DNA of 31,459 bases, from the IMG/VR virus record IMGVR_UViG_3300049722_000032, positions 1 through 31,459 of that record. One strand, written 5' to 3'. Shown here piece by piece: positions 7,967-16,575 of the stretch (within the stretch, counting starts at the first letter, position 1; each line of letters begins with the position of its first letter). Both the position numbers and the translations under genes were made by a program. Below the pieces are notes generated by a model, which saw nothing but the letters and a program-made list of their open reading frames with translations, was not told the DNA's origin and searched no databases. The stretch is from a virus (taxonomy: Duplodnaviria > Caudoviricetes).

Positions 7967-9245
7967 AGACGCTGACCTCGCCATCCGTAAAGTTAGGTTG
8001 TTTAATATTATTGACTTTAACGAGCCGTTCCGCATCGGTATAGGGCAGGCCATAACGCAGGCAGACCAGATGCAGCGGCATGGGATTGTCCAGAGTGACT
8101 TTGATCATTTTCTCGCGTTGGAGGCGCACGGAGTTGACCTGCGTAAGCAGCGCCGCGGCCATTATTTTTAGACTATCCATATCGCGGGCTATTTCCACTG
8201 CGGCTTCGATCCGCGCGCGGACAATGGCCAGTGTGTCTTCCAGTTCTCTGATATTCATCACCTGAAAATCGGAGTCGCCATCAAGAGATGCTTGCTGATC
8301 GGCTGTGTAGATCGCGGCGGCTTCCAGCGCCAGACGCTGGGCGCAGGTAATCGTTAAATGCTTTTGCATAACCTCCGCCGCGGATTGACCTGCCGCAGCT
8401 TTGCCAAGATTGACATAGGAATTTTGCAGATCGCCAAAGGCGGAGTCCAATTGCGACAAAAACTGGCGAGGAGAGTTCCACAGGGAATCGAATAAACGCG
8501 CTATTTTCTCCACGGCTCCGGATTGGGATCCCAAAATCCTTCCAGGAAGATTTTCGGCATACGTTATTGTGGCCTGAAGAGAGTTGATGGGGCTTAGTTC
8601 CTGGTTGACTCCGGCCTGAGACGTGGAAAGGTAATTCTCGACAGCGCCCACAAAAGACCGCGCCTGCCCGGAAAATTCCTGCAATTGCGCCAGTAACCCG
8701 GTATCGGCATCGAGGATTTTAGTTGCGACTCCGGAATCGGCGGTCGGAAGGGCATCTTTGATGTCGGTTTCCAGCAATTGCTCCTGTTCATCCTGTCCAT
8801 TCTGGTAGGCGTCTTCCGTGGCGGATAGAACGCTGGACTCCGTCGCGTCTTCCAGTGTGCCGCGCATTTGCTCGACAAAGGATATATCAAGAGTCGCTTT
8901 GCGGATGCTGTCATCATGCTGCACGACGATGGATTCGATTTTGCCCTTCAGCAGGCCGTATTTAGGGTGAACAAAATCGATGAGTTCTTTTTCTTCCAGA
9001 CTGTCTATAAGGTCGATGTGGTCGGCGTAGGTTTCCTGCTCCGCGTCATCCCAGAAATAGCATTTGACACGGATAGTATGAGCTTTCTGGCCCATATCTT
9101 CCAGATCAGCGCCGTCCGCATAAGGATAGTCGTAGCGGGCGATCGCCTTTTCAAAGGTATCCTCGATGGTCTCCATTTGAATGGTTACATCGGCTAACTG
9201 CCCGGTATTGAGTTCCAGCATTGATTGATCGAAGTTTGCTGCCAT
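7956..9245 (-). CDS. Mu gp43/gpN-like DNA circularisation protein
   Basis: YDYPYADGADLEDMG, FVHPKYG and the C-terminal PLHLV...YG..N.I..PNF motif. Confidence 0.92.
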   Translation of the reverse strand: MAANFDQSMLELNTGQLADVTIQMETIEDTFEKAIARYDYPYADGADLEDMGQKAHTIRVKCYFWDDAEQETYADHIDLIDSLEEKELIDFVHPKYGLLKGKIESIVVQHDDSIRKATLDISFVEQMRGTLEDATESSVLSATEDAYQNGQDEQEQLLETDIKDALPTADSGVATKILDADTGLLAQLQEFSGQARSFVGAVENYLSTSQAGVNQELSPINSLQATITYAENLPGRILGSQSGAVEKIARLFDSLWNSPRQFLSQLDSAFGDLQNSYVNLGKAAAGQSAAEVMQKHLTITCAQRLALEAAAIYTADQQASLDGDSDFQVMNIRELEDTLAIVRARIEAAVEIARDMDSLKIMAAALLTQVNSVRLQREKMIKVTLDNPMPLHLVCLRYGLPYTDAERLVKVNNIKQPNFTDGEVSVYAR

Positions 9246-9331
9246 AATGAGTCCTAGATTTTTCCTAACTCTGCGACGGAAAAATTGTAGAGCGAATTAT
9301 CCCCGCAGCGTAGCGAAGCGGGATTTGTACC
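9244..9331 (+). repeat. Family E element, start-type (supplies AGGA SD and abuts the gp43 ATG)
   Basis: ATAAT-GA-GT..stem..GC-GA-ATTAT, then CCC..GC-gta-GC-GA..GGGATTTGTACC. Confidence 0.9.
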
Positions 9332-9357
9332 TTTATGTTTACTCATTGTTAACCTGC

Positions 9358-11028
9358 TCAATTAAAGTTGCCGCGTGCTACGTTAATTACAAAATCAGCG
9401 CCATTGTCGCCAATAGCAGTTAATTTCATATCCTTATCGAATCTGAGATTGATTGTGTTTTTTACTTCTGGTTTAATTTCTTGTTTTTCAGGATGACGCC
9501 AATCATAGAGCGCGTCACCCCACCAACCATGATAAACATCCTTTGCACCTTCGCTTATCCAATTTTTACCGTCGCCACCGCGCGCCACATCAAGCAATGA
9601 ATGTAAAGCAGTTCCAACAGTTAATATGGCCGCGCCAATTGCCGTAATTGTTAATACTGCACCGACAGCACCGAGGCCGCCTAACCATTTTACGGCGGTA
9701 ACCATTTTATCCATCGTTCCGGGGCCTCCTGCGCCTAATATTCCACCTGCGGGCATATTGGTGACAAAGACTGGCGTCACGCCGGTGGCGGCTTCAATAG
9801 CTTTGCCTGCGGCGATGCCGACGCCGGTTTTTCCTAATCCGCCAAGTATATTTTTAATGTTGCCATAAACAAGCCCACCGATCACAGCAGCCGATAGACC
9901 TGCTGCTGTCCAACCTGCCGCTTTGGTCGCAGTGGGATGATCAGCCATAAATTTTACCGGCTTTTTAGCCAGGTCATAGATCGTGCTCAGGTCTGTTTTG
10001 ATACCGCCGAGACTTCCTTTGACCCGGTTTAACTGATTTTCCCATGTTTCCGCGCCTGCTTTCGCTCTGCCTGTGGCTATCTCGCTGGAATGACCCATTT
10101 CGTCGATGCCTTTTTGGAAATCCTTCATGTGGGAAAAAACAAAGTCCATAGCCTCTTTGCCGCCCGCGCCAAAGAAACTTTCGGCCTGTTTAAGGTTTTC
10201 CGCCGCGCTGTGTGTTTTGCGCATTTTATTGATGTACTTTTCAAGGTCTGTTAATACCTCAAGTTGGCTGCGCCCTTTCACTTTAATGCCATGCTGCTCT
10301 AAAATAAAGCCCTTGTTATTGATCATATCCAGAACATTATTGAGCGCCACTATACTTCTGGTTTTGTCGATGCCCGCCATTCCCAGGCCGCGTATCATTC
10401 CGAGCGATTCTATATAATCTTTTTTGCCGCCGCCATGAAGAGCTAACCGCTGCATGACGGTATCGAGTTGTTCCATATTAATGCGGGACGTAATCAAAGC
10501 ATCTCCCACGCCCTCGATCTCTTGTCTGGAGAGTTTAAATAATTTAATCATTTCGACGGTGCTGGCGGAGGTAAGACTCAAATCATCGCCGGTTGCCTTG
10601 GAAATTTTATCGGCTGTGGTTAAAATTTGGAGAATGTCAGCCTGATTAAAATTAAGAGATAATTTACTCGCGGTTTGAAAGGACTTCCCTAGATCCTGTC
10701 CTTTTTCTCCAGCGAAGGAGGCGATCTTATTTTTCAGGATGTCCATCTCGGCGCTGTTGGCTTTCAGATTGACGCGCATGCGCAGAAGGGCGTCGTCAAT
10801 CGGCATATAGTCGGTAACGGAAAAGAGTTTTTTGAGCACAAGGCCGGAAGAAAGCGCTGCCGCGGCGTTACCGAGAAAGCCGAATTTCTGAGTGAGGTCG
10901 GAGACGATCTGGCCGGTTCTTTGCGCGAAGCCTTGAAAGCTTTTAAGCGAACGTTCGCCTTGCTGAATTCCCTGCTGGAATTTCTCCGACTTGGCGATCA
11001 GTTCTAAAAATACTTTCATGTCCGGCAT
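9358..11028 (-). CDS. Tail tape measure protein
   Basis: Position between chaperone and gp43; helical Ala/Gly-rich sequence; VTPVFVTNMP motif. Confidence 0.9.
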   Translation of the reverse strand: MPDMKVFLELIAKSEKFQQGIQQGERSLKSFQGFAQRTGQIVSDLTQKFGFLGNAAAALSSGLVLKKLFSVTDYMPIDDALLRMRVNLKANSAEMDILKNKIASFAGEKGQDLGKSFQTASKLSLNFNQADILQILTTADKISKATGDDLSLTSASTVEMIKLFKLSRQEIEGVGDALITSRINMEQLDTVMQRLALHGGGKKDYIESLGMIRGLGMAGIDKTRSIVALNNVLDMINNKGFILEQHGIKVKGRSQLEVLTDLEKYINKMRKTHSAAENLKQAESFFGAGGKEAMDFVFSHMKDFQKGIDEMGHSSEIATGRAKAGAETWENQLNRVKGSLGGIKTDLSTIYDLAKKPVKFMADHPTATKAAGWTAAGLSAAVIGGLVYGNIKNILGGLGKTGVGIAAGKAIEAATGVTPVFVTNMPAGGILGAGGPGTMDKMVTAVKWLGGLGAVGAVLTITAIGAAILTVGTALHSLLDVARGGDGKNWISEGAKDVYHGWWGDALYDWRHPEKQEIKPEVKNTINLRFDKDMKLTAIGDNGADFVINVARGNFN

Positions 11029-11100
11029 AGTGAGTCCTAAATTTCCGCGTTGCGGAAATTGTAGAGCGAACTACCCCTGAGCCGTTAGGCGAATGGGGTT
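11028..11100 (+). repeat. Family E element, start-type (tape measure ATG)
   Basis: TAGT-GA-GT..GC-GA-ACTA (covarying stem), then CCCCT-GA-GCC-gtta-GGC-GA-ATGGGG. Confidence 0.9.
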
Positions 11101-11107
11101 GTTAATC

Positions 11108-11132
11108 GGCGTGCACGGGGTGCCCGCCCTCC
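11108..11132 (-). repeat. REP-like palindrome (GGAG head)
   Basis: GGAG-GGCGGGCAC-ccc-GTGCACGCC. Confidence 0.6.
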
Positions 11133-11134
11133 GT

Positions 11135-11162
11135 CCTGGATTCCCGCCTACGCGGGAATGAC
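11135..11162 (-). repeat. Family C palindrome (dRS3-like GTCATTCCCGC..GCGGGAATCCAG)
   Basis: Starts 2 nt after the stop at 11165. Confidence 0.9.
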
Positions 11163-11164
11163 AA

Positions 11165-11347
11165 TTACTTCCGTTTAACAACATACTTTTTACCCGTGCC
11201 CTTTTCTTTGGGCGTTCTCAGATCCGTGTAGGCTTTCATATATTCCATTGCTTCGCCTTCGGGCATGGCCAGCGCTTCCGAATAGGTGAAGCCGATTTTC
11301 AGCAACATCACGATCAGTTGGCGGCTGTTTTTATTCTTTGCCGCGAA
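11165..11347 (-). CDS. Frameshifted extension of the tail assembly chaperone (gpGT-like)
   Basis: The +1 frame is open from TTT-C at 11348-11345 to TAA 11165: FAAKNKNSRQLIVMLLKIGFTYSEALAMPEGEAMEYMKAY... Confidence 0.65.
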   Translation of the reverse strand, partial: FAAKNKNSRQLIVMLLKIGFTYSEALAMPEGEAMEYMKAYTDLRTPKEKGTGKKYVVKRK

Positions 11348-11651
11348 ATGATTTGCGCTGTGTTGCCAACCTCACTTCGGCCAGTGATATCGCGTTTAAA
11401 TCCTCTTGCAGCATACCCATCAACAAATCCGGCGTGATTTCCTCTTTCGGGATCGTCCCGATACTGAGGAGCATATTGGCTGTGACGCAAAGGTTCGCGA
11501 ACAGTGCGTTTTTTTCGGCCTTTACGGCCTGGGCGGGATTGTCAAAGACGTTAATGGAATCGGCGACAATCTGTTCGCGGATTTCAAAGTCCTTTTGAAT
11601 AACGCCGTTGTACTCGACGCCGATCGGCAGGGTGCCTTTTTCTGTTAACAT
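11331..11651 (-). CDS. Tail assembly chaperone (Mu gp41-like)
   Basis: GTLPIGVEYNG....DFEIR motif; lies between tube and tape measure. Confidence 0.85.
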   Translation of the reverse strand: MLTEKGTLPIGVEYNGVIQKDFEIREQIVADSINVFDNPAQAVKAEKNALFANLCVTANMLLSIGTIPKEEITPDLLMGMLQEDLNAISLAEVRLATQRKSFRGKE

Positions 11652-11656
11652 ATTTC

Positions 11657-11690
11657 AAATCCCCCTCAATCCCCCTTTAGTAAAGGGGGA
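11657..11690 (-). repeat. Family A hairpin plus SD element
   Basis: Consensus match before the chaperone ATG. Confidence 0.9.
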
Positions 11691-11695
11691 TGTTT

Positions 11696-11732
11696 AGATT
11701 GCCACGGCGCGCAAGGCGCGCCTCGCAATGAC
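11696..11732 (-). repeat. Family B palindrome
   Basis: GTCATTGCGAGGCGCGCC..GCGCGCCGTGGCAATCT, 5 nt after the tube stop. Confidence 0.88.
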
Positions 11733-11737
11733 AATTT

Positions 11738-12094
11738 CTACTTTCTTGTCTTGGCTGAGAACTCGATGGTTTGGGTGGTTTCCTTATCGCCATCGTGTTT
11801 GCGCGCGCCGATCTTCAAAACGTAAACACCGCCGAATTTAACGCGGGTGCCGTTCATGTAATCCACGGTGATCGTTCCGCCTTTGACCTGCGTAAAATCG
11901 AATTCCGGCCCGTCAAAGGGAATAACGTATTCCAGAGTCACTCCGTAACGCGGCTGTGCTGTGGTGTGGCCGGTGGTGTTCATAAGATTGACGGTTTTGT
12001 GGAGTTCAAATTCCTTCTCTTCCACCGTCTTAAAATCGGTGATGCTTTTGCCGTTTATTTCCAACAGCACTTGACTGACGAATTCTTCTGCCAT
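11738..12094 (-). CDS. Tail tube protein
   Basis: 118-aa beta-rich protein directly after the sheath gene. Confidence 0.8.
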   Translation of the reverse strand: MAEEFVSQVLLEINGKSITDFKTVEEKEFELHKTVNLMNTTGHTTAQPRYGVTLEYVIPFDGPEFDFTQVKGGTITVDYMNGTRVKFGGVYVLKIGARKHDGDKETTQTIEFSAKTRK

Positions 12095-12098
12095 TTTT

Positions 12099-12132
12099 AA
12101 ATCCCCCTTAATCCCCCTTTAAAAAGGGGGAG
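12099..12132 (-). repeat. Family A hairpin plus SD element
   Basis: Consensus match before the tube ATG. Confidence 0.9.
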
Positions 12133-12142
12133 AGTTTTTGTT

Positions 12143-12181
12143 AGATTGCGGTGGTGCGCATGGAGCGCACCGCGCAATGAT
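12143..12181 (-). repeat. Family B palindrome (variant)
   Basis: ATCATTGCGCGGTGCGC..GCGCACCACCGCAATCT after the sheath stop. Confidence 0.8.
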
Positions 12182-12192
12182 GTTTTTATCCT

Positions 12193-13617
12193 CTAAAGAA
12201 GCAGGTCAATTCTTCCGGCGAAGACGTGCAGGCCGTTGACTACGTCCGTGGGGATCTTCGCATCGAGCCGGTTCGGGTCTTGCATATCGCGCTCGCAGAT
12301 GACGCCTGCAGCATTAGCTTCGACTTCCTCGACAATTTCCAGATCCTGAAGTTGATAGAGCACGTCCAGAATCTGATCGCGCACCGCCTCCGGAGTTTTG
12401 CTGGATAACTTTTCACGCGGGAACCTCAGGGCGATGCGGGTGCGCACTGACTTGCGCACATAATCCAGCGTACGGATGGTGGTGATATCGAGCAGGGATA
12501 TATCGTCAATCCCCTGCGGATCGTGGATATAGGTGCTGATCGCGCGGACGATCTGGACAATTTCACCGGGGCCGACTTCCAGCGGCGTCGCGCCGTTATT
12601 GAGGCAGGATTCCTGCTCTGTCCGGGACAATCGCGAAGCGATGGGCGGAGCGGCGATGCCGGTTAACGCCAGGGTATTTAGCGGCCTGGCCGGGTCTTCT
12701 TCAAAAGCCATGACTGCCGCCATTGCCGAGGCGATTTCGTAGGCCGGGCTTTTGGTGCCGCGCAAATAAGCCAGGAGAATTCGCCCGGAATTAATCGTGC
12801 CGGTCAGTGTGGTTACTGTGCCCAGGGCGTCGTCGTCAGCCATAACGCCCACGCCAGGCCGCTGCTCCATCGGGCCGCTGATATTGTCGAGATGGGTTTT
12901 GAGCGCCGCGTAAGAAGTGGCGTCAATAAAAGGCACGGCGATGATATCGTACTGTTCACCGTAGACTGCGGCCAGCGCGGTGGCGAGTGTCGGATCAACT
13001 GATCCGGGTGTGGTCGCGGTGATGGTACCGGCGACGCCGGTGGCTGTAATTTCCACGGCGAAATCGATCTGGTTGGCCACTGTGCCTTTATTTTTGGCGG
13101 TGAAGACCAGTGTGCCGGTGGTATGTACAACCGTAAAGGGCAGGGCAGGATCGTTATCTAATGCTATTTTTAGAGCGGTGCCGATGACCGTTGCCGTGTC
13201 CGCCGAGGCAATACCGACCTGATAACTGACATTACCAACCCACAGCGTTAAATATCCACTGCCGGTGGCCGGGCCAGTAATCGCCAGGGTTTGCACACGG
13301 GCGATGGGCGAGGTGGCGGAATCATCGAGAGCGCAGACGGTCAAATCCAGATAGGCATTTGCTTTGATGGCCGCTCTGACCATCAGGTGGGCGATGGAGC
13401 CCGCGCCGAAATACGCTGCTGCTTCGGCATCGGAAAAGACCTTTGTCGGGACGATCTGCGCGACGATGCCCGCCGTCAAGCGCTGAGCGATGATCAACAT
13501 GCGCTGAAGGTTTGCGGGCAGAGTTCGCACCGCCAGTTTGGTGTTAAACTCAAAATACTTTCCCGGTTTGCGGATACTCGCGGGAATTGAATCGAATGAA
13601 ATGTTTTTTGAAGCCAT
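12193..13617 (-). CDS. Tail sheath protein (Mu gpL-like)
   Basis: ISFD.IP.SIRKPG.YFEF, DPARPLNTL.L, IVRAISTY, DVVNGLHVFA motifs. Confidence 0.96.
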   Translation of the reverse strand: MASKNISFDSIPASIRKPGKYFEFNTKLAVRTLPANLQRMLIIAQRLTAGIVAQIVPTKVFSDAEAAAYFGAGSIAHLMVRAAIKANAYLDLTVCALDDSATSPIARVQTLAITGPATGSGYLTLWVGNVSYQVGIASADTATVIGTALKIALDNDPALPFTVVHTTGTLVFTAKNKGTVANQIDFAVEITATGVAGTITATTPGSVDPTLATALAAVYGEQYDIIAVPFIDATSYAALKTHLDNISGPMEQRPGVGVMADDDALGTVTTLTGTINSGRILLAYLRGTKSPAYEIASAMAAVMAFEEDPARPLNTLALTGIAAPPIASRLSRTEQESCLNNGATPLEVGPGEIVQIVRAISTYIHDPQGIDDISLLDITTIRTLDYVRKSVRTRIALRFPREKLSSKTPEAVRDQILDVLYQLQDLEIVEEVEANAAGVICERDMQDPNRLDAKIPTDVVNGLHVFAGRIDLLL

Positions 13618-13835
13618 TATTTTTTACCCCCTTTTTCGTTTTCTTTGTTCTGGATTCCGGCCTTCGCCGGAATGACGGCGGGGGCGGCCTCCTTATTCTC
13701 GACAAGCGATCCGTCCGCCTTCAGGCGCAGATAATAAGCGCTATCCGGCACGTCTTCGGGTGTGTTGTCGTTAATATATTCTCGCGGTTTTCCTTCCTTA
13801 GGGCATCTGGTGCCCGGTGCTGCTTGAACTTGCAT
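13617..13835 (-). CDS. Mu gp38-like small protein (DUF2635)
   Basis: V.AAPG..CP.E and VPDSAYY.R...DGSL motifs; contains an in-frame family C element. Confidence 0.85.
   Translation of the reverse strand: MQVQAAPGTRCPKEGKPREYINDNTPEDVPDSAYYLRLKADGSLVENKEAAPAVIPAKAGIQNKENEKGGKK
13650..13676 (-). repeat. Family C palindrome, in frame (encodes VIPAKAGIQ)
   Basis: GTCATTCCGGCGAAGGCCGGAATCCAG, 27 nt. Confidence 0.92.
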
Positions 13836-13839
13836 TTTC

Positions 13840-13873
13840 AAATCCCCCTTTGTCCCCCTTTAGAAAAGGGGGA
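13840..13873 (-). repeat. Family A hairpin plus SD element
   Basis: Fills the gp37-gp38 gap. Confidence 0.88.
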
Positions 13874-13875
13874 AA

Positions 13876-14400
13876 TTATATTTGGTCTAGTGTCACTAAG
13901 TCGCTAGCGTCGGCGATGTTGTCGTCGACCGGATCTTGCAGATAATAATTCAGGCCGATTTTCAGCAGATCGGTGATCTCGTCCTCATTGAGTTTTGTGA
14001 TGTAATATTTCGTGCTGATCTGCAAGGTGAAGACGATCAGTCCGGCCTTCTTCTGCTCTTCCGTGGTTGTATTGATGAAAGATTTAGGCATAATAGGATC
14101 GATTTTCAGGGCGAGTGTTTGTGAGAGCAGGCACTGAATAATTCCTTCCAGTATCGGGAAAATCCCCTTGCGCCTTTGTTCTTCGTTTTGCAGGTTGGAA
14201 AATACAATGTCCACAAAACCAGTGACATCACAACTGAACGTATTGGATGTGACTCTTTGAAATTTTCCTTCTTCCATCGATACATAAACCGCCTGCACGG
14301 GAATACCTCCGATGCCGCGCTGGACTTCAATCCGTCCGGCGGCATCGGCCAGCTTGTCTTTTATTCGAGCGGCAACCGCTTCTTCGAGGGTGTCGAGCAT
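13876..14400 (-). CDS. Mu gp37-like tail terminator/neck protein
   Basis: Synteny between gp36 and gp38; C-terminal L..IGLNYYL.....DA.D.V.L pattern. Confidence 0.75.
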   Translation of the reverse strand: MLDTLEEAVAARIKDKLADAAGRIEVQRGIGGIPVQAVYVSMEEGKFQRVTSNTFSCDVTGFVDIVFSNLQNEEQRRKGIFPILEGIIQCLLSQTLALKIDPIMPKSFINTTTEEQKKAGLIVFTLQISTKYYITKLNEDEITDLLKIGLNYYLQDPVDDNIADASDLVTLDQI

Positions 14401-14832
14401 CTAAAAGTTCCTCATTGTGTCGCGTGTAAAAATGCGTGGAGCGGCGTCGGTCGTGCCCGCGGCCTCGGAAATCTCCGGAGTAGCGGCGGCTCCAGCGCCC
14501 AGTTCCAATTCCCCTTTTTGGATATTGACTAAAAGTTTGAGCGCGTTCTTATAGCGCTCGCTCACGCCCTCAGGCGGTATCAACTTGGCCCGGCGGGCAT
14601 AGAGACGATAAACGGCGATGTCGCACGCGAGCGTGGCGATTAATCCGGGCACCGGTGACAACGGCAGGGAATAACGAGAACGGAGATAGCCGTCGATCAT
14701 TTCACTGGCATCGGATATCGCTTTATCCACGTTGGCGGCGATGATCGTCTCTGCCGGGATCATATCGTCGGTCAGTTCGATCATGTCCTGTTCAGAAACT
14801 ATTTTTGTCAGATCTGTGATGGTGCAATACAT
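14401..14832 (-). CDS. Mu gp36-like head-tail adaptor (DUF1320)
   Basis: MYCT..DL, AI.DAS..IDGYL..RY.LPL, CDIAVYRLY, F.RD motifs. Confidence 0.93.
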   Translation of the reverse strand: MYCTITDLTKIVSEQDMIELTDDMIPAETIIAANVDKAISDASEMIDGYLRSRYSLPLSPVPGLIATLACDIAVYRLYARRAKLIPPEGVSERYKNALKLLVNIQKGELELGAGAAATPEISEAAGTTDAAPRIFTRDTMRNF

Positions 14833-14888
14833 AACGAGTCCTTATATTTTCGAAGCGTAGCGAATGTAAATATTAGAGCGAATTATCC
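14831..14888 (+). repeat. Family E element, start-type (gp36 ATG), first hairpin only
   Basis: ATAAC-GA-GTCC..GAA-GC-gta-GC-GAA..AGA-GC-GA-ATTATCC. Confidence 0.85.
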
Positions 14889-14925
14889 ACCCCCGTCCCT
14901 GTGGGACACCCCCGCCAGCGGGGGA
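14888..14925 (+). repeat. Family D-like double hairpin
   Basis: CACCCCC-GTCCC-tgt-GGGAC-A-CCCCCGC-ca-GCGGGGG. Confidence 0.7.
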
Positions 14926-14930
14926 CATTA

Positions 14931-15431
14931 TTAAATTTTTGTTAAATTCCTCACGGCATAAATATATTCCGCCGTGGCTTGTTTGTTATCCGCGCCATAA
15001 GTAAAACGCGCCGTCAACCGCTTTTTCTCGCGCTCGCGCGTGGAATCCAGAATGGCGTTTTGCGCCTCGGTGATAATTATATCCAGCGCGGCAGTGGACG
15101 GAGTTATCGATGTCCAGGTCAAAATTTCCGCACCAGACGACACATCGTCCAGCCGATATTCCGCCGTGGCAGGAATAATCTCCGCACCGGTGTCATCGGC
15201 AAAGGAAATTGTCAGCGTCAGTGCTGTGTTCTCGTTAATTCTAAGCATTATCCTTCTTGTTATAACCGGCAGGCCCGTATTCGGGTTGAAGATTATAATC
15301 AAATTTTTATATATTTTGTTGGCGAGAGCGGAGAAGGAAAACAATAATCCGCGAGACACAAAACAATTGGCCCGCTCAGCGGCGGTTCTCGCGCCAAATA
15401 CTCCCCAACTTATAAAGGGCAGATAATTCAT
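14931..15431 (-). CDS. Hypothetical virion-associated protein; possible internal start at 15248 (beta-sandwich-like domain)
   Basis: TAATG-coupled to the upstream gene; AGAAGGA precedes the in-frame ATG at 15248. Confidence 0.6.
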   Translation of the reverse strand: MNYLPFISWGVFGARTAAERANCFVSRGLLFSFSALANKIYKNLIIIFNPNTGLPVITRRIMLRINENTALTLTISFADDTGAEIIPATAEYRLDDVSSGAEILTWTSITPSTAALDIIITEAQNAILDSTREREKKRLTARFTYGADNKQATAEYIYAVRNLTKI

Positions 15432-16558
15432 TAAAGTAATCGCTCCCTTGTGGTAATGCCCATAACGTCCGTGAGTGCGGCATGAACATTAAATGCCGGT
15501 GTGACGCCGTCATCTTTGTAAATAACCGTATTGCCATTGGCATCTGTGACGACCATTTTATTGCGCAGTATCCAACCGATGACGCGAAGACGATCTAATA
15601 ATGATCCCGCTTCCAACACTGTCGCATCGGTTACCTCTGCATCAAGTTTATCCGTCACGGCCTTGATGGCCGCAACTTCCGTGTCAATGTAGCCGATAAT
15701 GGTTGCAAGCGTTGCTTCCGTCGCCGGACTTGTGGGGATGGTATCTGTCTTAGCCTTGATACCGTCGATAAGCAGATCCAACCTACCGCCATTTACCAGA
15801 TCGGTTTGCAGTTCGTTCGTATCGGCTACAATCGCCGCAATCTGGGTGCTATTGCTGTCAATTTCCTGCCGAATGGCCACGGCTGTCGGCGGGGCTGTGC
15901 CCAGGCTGTATCCTGTTTTATCATTGTTCGTTGTAACTGTGACCGCGGGAACCGTGGCCGCTTTGATTCCGGTTGTCACCAGCAGAGTATTTAATGCAGT
16001 GAGCCCATAAGTCGCGAGTTCATTGATTGCCGCAACGATGGCCTGAATGAAGGTTGAACTCTTTAGAATCAGGTCTGCGCCTGTCGAAGATAATGCGTAT
16101 CCTGTTTTATCATTGTTCGTTGTAACTGTGACCGCAGGAACCGTGGCCGCTTTGATTCCGGTTGTCACCAACAGCGTATTTAAAGCAGTGAGCCCATAAG
16201 TCGCGAGCTCATTGACTGCCGCAACGATGGCCTGAATGAAGGTTGAACTCTTTAGAATCAGGTCTGCGCCGGTCGCAGATAATGAGAATCCGGTCTTGTC
16301 GTTGAGGCCCATTGTTTCGGTGCTGGAGATTGTGTATCGATCCGCGCCGGACAATGTGTTTCCGCCATCGCAGCGGATGGCGTAATCTTTGGCCGCATCG
16401 TAGGCGGCAAAATTATATTTATAGAATCCGTCGCCCACTTCGGACATGGCCACGCTGTTGATCACCACGGAGTTATCAGAGAGATCTCTGATTTTAATCG
16501 TGGGCGTCAACCCTGTAGCCGGGACGCCCTGGGACGCGAAATAAGTGGTTATATACAT
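15431..16558 (-). CDS. Hypothetical Thr/Ala-rich virion (fibre-like) protein with 63-aa tandem repeats
   Basis: AAGGAG SD; N-terminal TGL.PTI.I..EVG.G.Y.Y.F domain; repeats; IKAKTD helical segments. Confidence 0.75.
   Translation of the reverse strand: MYITTYFASQGVPATGLTPTIKIRDLSDNSVVINSVAMSEVGDGFYKYNFAAYDAAKDYAIRCDGGNTLSGADRYTISSTETMGLNDKTGFSLSATGADLILKSSTFIQAIVAAVNELATYGLTALNTLLVTTGIKAATVPAVTVTTNNDKTGYALSSTGADLILKSSTFIQAIVAAINELATYGLTALNTLLVTTGIKAATVPAVTVTTNNDKTGYSLGTAPPTAVAIRQEIDSNSTQIAAIVADTNELQTDLVNGGRLDLLIDGIKAKTDTIPTSPATEATLATIIGYIDTEVAAIKAVTDKLDAEVTDATVLEAGSLLDRLRVIGWILRNKMVVTDANGNTVIYKDDGVTPAFNVHAALTDVMGITTRERLL
15908..16303. repeat. 189-bp tandem direct repeat (two copies plus a partial)
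   Basis: Units start at 15908 and 16097; differences are mostly synonymous. Confidence 0.93.
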
Positions 16559-16575
16559 GAGTCATATCTCCTTTT

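Noticed and set aside
5785-13873. Family A as intrinsic terminators
   Set aside because: There is no U-tract directly after the stem on the mRNA strand, and the copies sit inside an operon immediately before start codons.
2669-14832. Tailocin or contractile injection system
   Set aside because: Complete head, portal and terminase genes and a transposable-phage end are present.
15908-16303. DGR template/variable repeat pair
   Set aside because: The copies are adjacent, in frame and differ mostly synonymously without adenine specificity; there is no reverse transcriptase in the window.
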